NCBI GenBank assembly: GCA_051294905.1
Contig: CM119372.1
Location: 15,564,001-15,628,000, forward strand
Reading direction: 5' to 3'
DNA: 64,000 nt
From: Botryllus schlosseri
Lineage: Eukaryota
Numbering within the stretch: the first letter of the stretch is position 1; every line of letters starts with the position of its first letter. The position numbers and the translations under genes were made by a program. The notes beneath the pieces are model-generated. The model saw nothing but the letters and a program-made list of their open reading frames with translations. It had not been told where the DNA came from and did no database searches. Shown piece by piece: positions 11,421 to 23,400 of the stretch.

Positions 11421-14400
11421 TCACCACGAAAAGCAGAAAATTGTGAGAAGCAACGACAATGTAATGACGTTATAATTCAATGCGCCTGAAACACAGGAAT
11501 TCTCCTTGAGAGCGCCTAGCAGCACATCGAGCGATCCGTTGTTTGGTGCTGGATTCAGATCGAGCAACTTACACATCAACTCGTAAATGTGTACGGACTC
11601 AAACCCCGTCAGTTTGAAGTTCTTCTGCATAAAGTATTCAGATTGTATAATATTATGAAACTAAGTGAAGTGAAGGAACTTAATTCCTCTATTATTAACT
11701 AATCGATACCTTGAAAGACGGTCCAATCATGTAGAATATCGACCGCATGTCCGGGAGCATATTATCAAAACCGGCATGATTCCCTTTGTATCCGACTTTC
11801 GTAGAGTTCTGTCAACGCATAAAGCTTGAAACTGATCGGTGTTAGGCTTTTAGCTCACTACCGAAACGATATTGAGTTACCCAAGATAAGGCTTTCTGGG
11901 GATGTGCGATGACGATGATTGATGTTATCCTATCGTTGTTGGAAAAGTGAAATCTTTCTGGAAGTTCCTCTTTATAGAATACTTGGATCGGAAGACCTGA
12001 GTCTGAATAAGGTTCAACAATATTGAGAGTAACAGAGGTCGTTCTAGAAGTAGTTAGTAGTTATTGAAGAAGTAACAGAGATGGTCAAAGTAGTCAAAAA
12101 GACTACTCCAGCAGATGTATTGTTTTTCGAAGTTTCTACAAGTAGAAGTAGCACTTGCTTTCTATCAAAACTACTCAAGCAAGTAAGTAGTTTTGCTCTT
12201 ATAGAACGTCCAAACGTGGAAACTGACACATGCAGATAGTGCAGAGAGCTGGGATTGTGTTGCTATTAGGGATGGTGTGAACGTGAGGTTCACGTTCGCG
12301 TTCTGTGTGTGAACCTCGGAAATTTAGAGGTTCGTGTTCACAACAGAACCTTGGTAGGTTCTGCACTGTGAACCTTTTGGTAAATTGTAATTTTCACTCC
12401 ATTATAAGATCTTTGGCTCAAATGTATTGCATTTCAACTGCGGGCCACTCCATGCATGGTGCTGGCAGCATAAAAAATCAACGCTTAACGAGCATGCACC
12501 ATGCACCTTGACAACCTTAAAAGTTTTAGTTGCTTTGTTGCAAAAATTTTCTCGGAATAACCAGCTTTCCGTTTGTGAATATTTAGTGACTATCTGCTGT
12601 GAGCTTGACCCGCAATCACACAACATCACGAGCGATATACGTAGTCAGCGAATGATACTTATTCAACCAATCAGTGACATTGATCTCGTCTTCTGATGTA
12701 AAAAATCGAACGGGTGTACGGGGTCAATCTTGACTTCATATCTTTACCGCATCATTAAAACCAAATCCGTGCGATTAAGGTGCTTGCTACTGCTGCATAA
12801 CTTGTTGTTGTTTGTGGTATCGGTAGCGAGTATTGAAACCCGTCGTACACTCTGCTCAATATCAATGTAGCAATACTCAGACTCCGAACACATTGTCCGG
12901 TCTGGCTAAGACCGTTAAGGCGTAAGCTTATATTCCTTGGTAAGTCCTCGTCGAAATTGTTGGCAAAGCGACGGAATGTACTGATTTTACGCAATTATTA
13001 TATCCTTTGATTACCGCTGTTGATACATTAAGCGACGTTTAAAACGCCGATATGTACTTCAGCATTGTGGCATTATGTGGACCGAGGCTTCGCTAGGTAT
13101 CGTGTACATTAATATAGGCTATCACTTCATTGGAAGATAGGGTTGGAATTAACAATATGACGTCACGTGACGTCACGAGGTTCACGTTCGTGTTCACACA
13201 GAACCTTTCAAAAAGGTTCGCGTTCACACGAACCTGAACCTTTCAGAGGTTCACACCATCCCTAGTTGCTATACATCATATGCAGGATATATATATATAT
13301 TAAACAACATAAGGCCACGACCTTTGCTATAGAATAGTGATTCTCTACCTTTTTTTCACTCCCAGTGCCCGCTCTCAGAAAATGTGAAGGTATGGTGCCC
13401 TTCCTGGCATAAACAGGCCCGTATAGTTGGGGTTACATTTAAACGTAAAATATATTTATAAAAAACATGTTTAAAACAAGGCCCTTGTTTAAAACACGTT
13501 TTTTTTAAAAGTGTTTATCATGATAATATTCATCCAGCCATTTAATGTGAGAGAAAGAATTGCTCGTCGAAAAATTGTGTCAGAGACGCCAATTACAAAA
13601 GCTAAAGCGACGCTCATCTCTAAGTCGTATGCATAATGTAGTATATTTTAGACACATGAAATAACGTGCATAGTTAACGACCACTGTTCATAAAATTGAA
13701 CTTACTTTTCAAGTCCGAATAAACCTTTTCCTTTTTGTCTGGTCCTGGTTCGATCAGGGCCATTGCGCCGTATAGGAATTTGAAGTGAATGTCAGACGCG
13801 TTAACATGCGGTGCTATGGGGATACCAATCTCATCCAATTTACTCATACCGTGGTCACTATAAAACAAGACCTTTGTTTAAAACAGAGGTCTCAAAAACG
13901 CGGCCCGCGAGACCATTTTGAGTGGCCCGCCGCAGCATCTTGGAATTTCTGGTATTCGACAATATATTCAAGTGCCATATATCTTTTTTAGATTCAAGAA
14001 GTTCACTCTAAAACAACTACAAAAACCTGAAATCTCAACAAACTTCACTATCACAACACTTTTTAAAAGCTGCCGTGCGGTAGAATATCAGCTATTACGT
14101 CACATTTCTAGTCCATGATGATAATAAATGACCTGTTGATGATTCGTGAATGAAAATTGTGATTTGGTTTAATGCGACCTTTCGTAAAATTATTCGATTT
14201 CGGATTGACTGGGGCAATAAATAAAAATGACTCGAGTTGAGTCGGGTCAAACGTTAAAATCAGAGAATGACTTGCGACTCGGAACGGTGACTTGTGATAG
14301 GGAATAGTAATATATCAAAAGGTCGTAGCTTGCGTTGCGTAGGGTATATAGCTATCTAATTAAGTCGGTATAGCAACCATTGGCTTTCTATGGTCCCCGT

Positions 14401-17400
14401 GACGTGTAGTTGGTTACATCATGGGTGTTGTTTGTTTTCTTAATCCATGTTATTACCGGTGGCGGGCGAGTATCAAGGTAGTGGTACGCTCCACAGCGGT
14501 ATCATCAATGGATTCTTCGACGATTGGACATTTCTATTCCAGGGATTCTTAACCAGGTGTCCGTTGACCCCTCCGAGGTACGAGATGCATCGTGGAATTA
14601 GGCATAGATGCCGTGAAATATTTTCTGGGCCAATTTATTCAACTGAAAAATATTCTTATGTGAATGGGCTTTCTCATTTTAATATAGGTACCATCAGAAA
14701 TTGCGTAGAAAATGGACGGGGTTACGAGAAATCTTATTGAAAGCTCAAAGGGTACGATCGCTAAAAAGGTTAGGAAACAATGCTATTACTATGGCACAAT
14801 AATGATTATATTTAAGATGTTATTGATCTGTCCCAATGATAGTCGAAGGCAAATCTAACCCTGATATAATTTGACTTTGGTAACTACAGTAACAATCGTC
14901 TACTTATCACGACTATATCATAAACCCGGATTAGGATACGCCGCTCAAATGCTCTTATATCAGATCAATCTTCAGTAAATTTTAGAATATTCTACATAAA
15001 ATTTTGGCGATTCAAAGGTCCACTAGCTGCAATATTACAACCCGAAAGCTTTTACGAAGTCATGATGCATCCTCTCGCATGATGTCTATAACTTGCTATT
15101 TTAACAAGTTATGCCCGGCACAAAAACAATTTTATTCAAATACCGTATTTGAAAATGTGATTTTTATCGTGCCAAGCGTGAATAGTACAATAGTAAATTA
15201 CATTTTCACGCTGCTTGTGAAATACCCGTCTGCAAGGTCCCGTCAAATAAGGCCTACTTGGAAATTTTACATTGAATACCCCTATTATATATGCTGCGGC
15301 CCGCGGAGTCATCAAAAACTAGGAAATTAGCCCGCGAGCACATTTGAGTTTGAGACCTCTGGTTTAAAACATGTTTTTTTAAGTCACAGCGGCACGAATA
15401 TTCAACTGTGACGTCATAGTGGATTGATAGTGACAACTGATTGTATAGGGTAAATAAAGCTCCTTCGACCGAGAAACTACCGCCGCTACTGTACGTACAA
15501 AGCTTCAAAGTTGCGTCTAGCGCAGGGGCCGGCAACCTTTTGTGTGCAGCGTGCCAAAATGTCAAAAAATGTCAAATTTTTACCAGCTTGCGTTCCAAAC
15601 ATTCAATTGTTTTTATATTTAACGTTTCAAGCAAGGAATACACCAACCGCTTTTCTGCAGCTGGCAACGTCATCCGTTACGGTGGTGATTCTTGAATTAT
15701 TATTGGTCGCGAAGGGAGTAAATTATGGTCGCTACCGCACCCTACCTATCGCTTACACCTACGAAATATTTGCATAATTTATTTACAGTCGCTCAATGAG
15801 CGATCTTCTGAGGTTGATTTGGTCGTTTTCAAGTCCACTGTGTTCGGCACCATATCCAATAAGTGACAGGCCAATCAGTGGTGTTACGATGATATGGTCT
15901 GATGATGATGAAAAATTTGCCCAGCCCTGTATCATTCAAATCGGTTTGGTGTCACATTAAGATTGGTCTGACACTAGATTTGTCGGCAAAGGTTGCGGTA
16001 AAGATTGTCGTTGCTCCATATATATTGGAATCGCTTGTGCACCATACTAAACTAAAAAAATATCTCCTTCCGAGAGACGAACACGATTGCAAATTCGAAT
16101 TTCGACACGGGGCTCATTATTTTCCTCGGCAGGTATCATTTGATACGTGCGGCTCAAGTTGCAGGCGCTGGACTATTCGGCGCTGGTCATTTTGACGCCT
16201 TGGCAGCAATTTACCCTCTAAGCTGCGCGCGTGCGCAAATGCGCAGTGCTGACACGGTCTCTGCGCACAGAAAATCTAAGCTGCGCACAAAAAATCCGAA
16301 GTGATGACCTTTTTTATCGTCGTTGCGCACTGTTGTCCAAAGGTCTACGCATTGAGTTAGTGAGTGTGCGCAGACTCGTCAAAACTAGAGGGAACATTGC
16401 TTGGCAGTGAACATATAAATGCCGAACGTTTTGGCCAGCATGCGGTGGCTATTTTGCTTCAAGGTTTTATCGCTGCCAATCATTTTGGCAACGCATACAC
16501 CGCACGGGAGTCGCATGGCCGCATGTTGTCCGAAACTTTATGTCTAGGTCGTATCTTATATAGCGTGGAAATGCCCAGCGCCGAAATGCCGGTTAATAAT
16601 TTTTGCTCCTGTAGGCTGCACATTGAACACTCCCAGACTAAAGCATTCAAACGGTTTCTTACGATATTCGGTTGACGTTATTTCATAACTGCAAATACGC
16701 TAAACTCATTTCTGTACATTATGCATAGTTTTTAAAACATTTTCTATATACATATATACTTATTCATAGGCGCCGACTTTTATTTTTGCATGGGGTGGCG
16801 GCAAGGCGCGTAGCCAGAGGGTGTCGAAACTCTCTCCTTTTGAAATGCAAAACCCCATCCTTTTGAGATGACCATTCTGACGCTAATATTCAGTTGCAAT
16901 TCCACAAGTCGTATTATCAGTGTTAAGCGGGGCCGCGACCAATTAGCAAGATTCGTTTGTGCACGCATAACGCATCGCACAATGCAACGCGACACGATCT
17001 CCCGCTGAGATGATTGCGAATTTAGCTCATTGATTTTGCATTCGTCGCTGGACTGAGCATTAACACGGCGCGACAATTCTGAAACGCAAAAGGCAGACCA
17101 GAATTATGATTACAAACGCGCGCGGCTAATCAGTAATTATCCCTTACAGTCAACACGATGGGATTTTACTTAGCGTATAGCTCGCATCGCGACAATTGGT
17201 TGCTGATTAAAACATCGATTTTGACTGCGTCGCGGCATTATGGGCACTGGGATAAATTCCAAGTACCAGGCACACACAATAAAACACTGTTAAACTTTTC
17301 GTTCCGAGAATATTTATCACAAAAATAGTTCACAAAATATTTTGGACGCGGCTTGCAGACCTCATCGATGCGAATAATGCACTTAAATTTGCAGAAGCTG

Positions 17401-20400
17401 TGCGTATATTTGGTCATCAAATCGCGATAGGAGATGGTGTTTCTCAGAGCTCGCGATGAAATCTGCGTTTCTAACGATGAGGTCGAATTTGTACATCTGA
17501 TAAGGATCGTTAGTTTGCTGTTTGGCGAAAGTGTTTCTGCGGACTGTAGCAGGCCTGCATGTGGACGCGCTGAATCAAACCACCAACGATAATGCACATG
17601 ACATATCGACGACCCATTTCGCATACAAATTATTCTCGCTACTTTGCAGTACGCAGAATCGATAATACGAATTAGTGAATTGGGATCCCAAAAAAGACGG
17701 GATTTCTAGTTATAAATGAGAAATTAACTGGCTATGCAGCTGAGGTTTTTATGCCGACAACGCGCTGGTTAATATAATCCCGGGCCCACGGCCTACATAG
17801 GCCCAGATCAGCCAGTCGAATTTGATCGTAAAATGGTGCGCTTTTAATTATCCACGTGTTATTGCAGTAAGAGCAATATGGGCGCATGCCGCGACGTGAT
17901 CAATAGAAATACAGATCCCAAAGGTTTGAAATTCGATCCGCGATATGGTTTGGCTCGATTGAGTCCATCAAACAATGAAGTTTTGGAACATGGAAGGTTC
18001 CCGTTCAAACTAATCGAATAAATTCAGAATTTGCGCCACCGATAATCTCGTGTTACACCAATTTTGACAACGTAACAGCACAATTCGCAGTATTAATAAC
18101 AAATCAAACACTGATAAGTGACGCCGAGGGAATACGAGTGTATGGAGCAGACAAGAATTAGTAGCCTACAGATGATAGCAAACGAGAAAGCGCGCATCTA
18201 ATCAGTAATTTCTCAACTTGCGTACAGCACAATGGGGTTTCAAGTCTGACATCGCGACAATTGTTTGCACATTATGACGACATTTGAGCTGCATAGTTGC
18301 ATTTCCCGATAAAATTTGGCAAAGCCTTGTTGAAGTAATGAATATGCGCACTTTGCGCAGGAATGACTTTCAATTTGCAGGCATATACAAACACACTGTC
18401 CTATTTCGCGCTCCAAGCCTCCAATTAAAAAGACTATCACGGAACTAACTCAAGAATTATTTGTGCGAATATGGGCGAAAATGCGATTCAATTATGAGAA
18501 GGAGAACGTGAATTCGCTCGTCTGGTCGAGAGAGAAGATGGTGCTTCTCAGCGCAAGCGTGTCGAAATCGACGTAGTAAACTAGGTTGCTTCGATTGTCT
18601 GATTTGATTACTAATCACGGATTACAATTTGTTGTCGCCAACGAAGCTGCGTATTCAATTATTGGCGCGCGTATAGGTTAATGGTAAATAGTTGGCATTT
18701 ACGCGCTATCACGGACTCGCTAATTGACTAATTGACTCGCTAATCGAATCACTCAGGGTACTCGATTTTGCCCAGCCCTACCATGGTAACCAGCGCTAGC
18801 GCCCACTAGCGAAGGAGCGGAGCAAAGAAAGAAACGAAGTCGCGAGTGAATTTCGATACCGAAAAGGTCGTAGTTGATTAATTTACTGAAGCTAGAATCA
18901 GAGCAGGCAATGATCATGAATTCTGGCATCGGAAGACATTTAATGTATAATTCTATTTATGCGAAAAATTATCGAGACGACAGATTTCGCGTCGCAGGAT
19001 TAGGATTAGATCGTGCATTATTCCATTTATGTGCCCTTTGGCGCGTGGCAAGGCGCAAAAGTGGGTTTGGACAAAAAAAGGAGGGCTCTTGTTTTCAAAT
19101 TCACCAATATAGTATCAATTTATTAGGGTTACGTACGTGCATAAATGCCGATTATACAAGCTTCTCGTGATGACGAGCGTGCGCGTATGATAAGTTTGCC
19201 AGCGAGTCAGGCGGCTGTCAATTACCGAGTCCCTGATCTCTAGTGAACAATTTACGCTACATGGGCGACGTTTTTCGCAAATCAAAATGTCCAAGTCTGT
19301 TGTGGAATCTGTTCTGTAATGACACCGATTTCAGGTGATTCAGACCTTTCCCATCTTTGGTAACGCATTGTGGAGATTCGATGTTATTCAGTTTCGCAAT
19401 GTCACTATTGGACCAGTAGGATAAAACAATCGTTAATAAGTAGACAACTAACGGCATTGTGTCTAAACCAGCGGCTCCCAACGTGAGCGAAAGTAACAGA
19501 GAGGGTGATTAGGGGACGAAAACTTACGAAGGCGGCGATAGCGGGAGAAAATGTTAGAAAGTCCAGCCAGCTATATTTAACTACCCTGCAACCGGATACC
19601 GGCACAAATTTCATGTGAAAAATGGGTTATTGTGTGGTTTGTGATAGTCATGGTGTTTTCGACTACAATGGTCATTTACACCAGGCCGATATTCTTTATT
19701 TTCAACTCCGTATTTGCCGACTTGTAGCACAGCCCACTTCTATGCTTTTTTAAGACACCGCTTACGTGGATTGGGTGACGAGGAGGAGCTTAGATTAACC
19801 TCCAACACTTAGGAATGATCTGGGAGTCGACCTCGGTCGGACTCGAACCCACAACGTATTGGTTTTGCAGCTGAGGATCATATACCACTATACGTTGTCT
19901 CGCCACTGGGTTATTGTGGAACTGCTATGAAAGTTGACTAAAAAAATGTTAAGTCGCCACAAACTATTCTCAGATACCAGGATCGCCGCGACAAGTTGGC
20001 TTTTCCTGGTCTAAACCCTTGGCTCTCTACCTTTTTATTTTCGCGAACACCTTTTGGACCGCCACTGACCCTCGCGGACCAGGGTTGTAATGACTCGAGT
20101 CGCGATTTTCTTATGACCTGACTTGACTCGAGTCGTTTTCTCAAAATACGGAAATGTCTTGACTCTAGTTAATCTGTGTATTGACTGGACGTGGACTCGA
20201 GTCATTGCGCATGACTCGGACCAAGTCATATGACTCGAGGCTCAGACGGCCAAAACCGACATTTCATTGTAATTTCGAAGAATAGTAACTGTTGGTACAC
20301 TGTTGGTATTTCGTCTATTGCAGAGGTCTCAAACACGCAAGAACATTTTGTGCGGCCCGCAGCGGCATTTTGGAATTTCAAGTATTCGACAATATATTAA

Positions 20401-23400
20401 AGTGAAACATATCTTCTATATTTATAAGAACTTAAAGTTCACCATAAAACTACTATAAAATACACTGAAATCTCAACAAACCACACTATCAACATGCGGT
20501 AGAAGATCAGTTATGATAAAACATGTCCCGCTGATGATTCGTGACTGAAGATATGTGATTTGGTTTGGTGCGACCTTTCGTAAAATTAGTTCGATTTCGA
20601 ATTGACTGGGTGATTAAATAAAAATGACTCGTGTTGAACCAGGTCAAACGTTAAAGTCAGAGAAGGACTTGCGAGTCGGAACGGTGACTTGGTAATCCTA
20701 TGGACGCAACAATCTATGAAACTGTCATGGGGAATAGTAATATATTAAAAGGTCATAACTTGCGTTGCGTAGGGTATCTAGCTATTTAATCAGGTCAGTA
20801 AGGCAACCATCATCATTATGCAACCTCCGTGACCTATAGTTGGTTACATGCTGGGTGTGGTTTGTTCTCTTTATCCATGTTATTAGCGGTGGCGAGCAAG
20901 ATAGTAATACGGTCTACAGCTGTAACAGTGTAACACCAATGAATTCATCGGCGATTAGCCATTTATATTCCAGGGGTTCTTAACCAGGGTCCGTAGACCC
21001 CTTTGGGTCAACATCAGGGGGTACGAGATGTATTGTGGAATTGGGCCTATATGCTGTGGAATATTTTCTTGGCCAATTTATTCAACTGGAAAAGGGTTTT
21101 CGCGATATGCGCGATTTTCTGATTTCAATATAGGTACCATCAGAAATTGTGTTGAAAATGAATAGGGGCTACAAGAAATCTTATTGGAAGCCCGAGGGGT
21201 TCGGAAATAAGGCCTATTTGGAAATTATACATTGAAGATCCCTATTACGGATGCTGCGTCCCAAGGCGTCATCAAAAACTGGGAAATTGGCCCGCGAGCA
21301 CATTTGAGTTTGAGACCTCTGGTCTGTTGGTGCTGGTACTTGAATATGCGACCAGAAACTGTTAGAGTAGTGTGGAAAATTGGTTTATTTCATGTGTGAA
21401 CCACTGCGAAAAGCACCACTAAATGTTTTTATACATAATAATAATAAATCGAAACTGAGAAGTCAACGCAATGACTTGGAGTCGTATACTAGAGCAGTGC
21501 TCTTCAGCCGGGGTTTTCGCACACCCTAGGGCAGGGGTGTCAAACTCAAATTGCGTCGCGGGCCGGATTCAAACCTTCAAATCGCTCGCGGGCCGGATCA
21601 GTCCATGTTTCGATTATCTCATGCCCTTGCTTTTCACTTGAATACTTTATTACAAAGCATAGACAATTGTCGTAATAGTATATATTAGGCCTACATTGCA
21701 CCAGGGATTTCAGTGAGTTTCATTCTATCAATCAGCAACACCTTTATGCGGGAACGATCGAATATAGACAAAAATACCATGCTTGGCTGGTTGAATACAG
21801 TTTATTAACCTCTAAAACAGTGACGCTTACGACGATATAAGTTGGAACTTGACATATTTTTATGCTGACCGTGCTTCAACCGTGATCTTGCATTAGCCCG
21901 GCGCATGCGTTGTGAGGAATGCAAAAGATTTAACTGTAGCCACAGACGTTCGAATGTATTTTTTTATTATATCTCACTTCGGGTATCTCTGGAGTCCATG
22001 GACCTTTTGAGTCGGAAGTGACACAGCAGTGTAGCCACAGAATTTTAATATTTATTTTTGTGTACCATATATAATGTCCACGTAAACTGCCTAATGCCTA
22101 TCACAGTTCCGCATTTGCGTTTTCGCTTCTGTGAATAACTACTTTTTGCTCCATTCCCATAAAACCCTGAGCTCAGTGTGCACTTTTTCCTTCTTAAAAT
22201 TGGGTGTCACTGTTGCTGCCTATAATGTTGCCATGGAAATTGAAGATGCTCGATATTTGCTGTCTTGAGGGATTGTTTAATGGAAGTATGTAGTATTGAA
22301 AAAAAACTTGAAGATTTGTTACACATGTGCTGGAAAATCAAGCATTTTTCAATCTACTCATAATGGCTTCGCGGGCCGGATGAAATCGTCTGGCGGGCCG
22401 GATGCGGCCCGCGGGCCGTATGTTTGACACCCCTGCCCTAGGGTGTACCAGAATTCGCAAAGGGTGTACCACTCGGATGGGGTGTACAGGGGTGTACCAG
22501 ATCTGAATTACAATGAGCCGATGGCTAGCTATCACAGGGCAGGTTGGCATAGGGCACAAGGCAGGTTTATGGGTCAGTACAGGTTGAGGCACAGGTTAAT
22601 AAGTAATATGGTACGATGTTATCTCAAATGTAATACTGTACACCGCTTGATTATGATGTCATAAATAAATATTTCTCCTATTCATTTAGCCATCGGCAAT
22701 AGACCAATGGACCCGTTTGGTGTTGGAAAGTATGCAGTTAACAAACATGTGTTCAGCTAGTCATTTGTCTTTTAGTGATTTTTGAGGAAACCGCCGCGAT
22801 AGCTCGGACTTGTTGAATCGGTACTTCCTACCCGACGTTAATAAATACCGCAATGCACATAAATGAAGTGACGTAGCCAGCCAGGGTCGAAACAGCGTCC
22901 ATGTTGAAATCGAAACCTTTTTGTTTTAAAATGCCGGTTTTATGTCCAATATTTCGCCATACATTTGTAATTTAGTATTTTGTTATTAGTGATGCAAATT
23001 AGCTACAATGGAATGTGTTTAGCGGTATACGATCTGAGGTTACTGACATCTCTTGCTGCCCATGTGCTACTATCGACTGTGTGTGGTGTGGGGCAGGCCT
23101 GATACACAGTAGGCTGGTTCGCCTGCTATCATCGCTGATCTGAATTACCGCTTTTGCAGCAGTAGCTGTACCTACTCTCTCCCCAATACTGTTACATTTA
23201 GGTTGATTATCGTTCGTAATGTCATGCTGTTTTTGGGCTGACACGAAATAAATTCCAATTTTTGTGGCGGGCGGCCTAACTGGCTGCGAATAGACTCTGT
23301 GACCAAATACTATTTTATTCAAATCCAAATTTTTAGACGGCAATAACTCCGCTTCTACTGGTTGGAATTGAACCAAATTTGAAGAACATCGTTTTTATGG

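Noticed and set aside
12305..12994. Recurrent similar short ORFs (also ~4700, ~29069-29577, ~46369-47039)
   Set aside because: Similarity reflects the repeated TAGGGATG MITE; frames and stops differ among copies.
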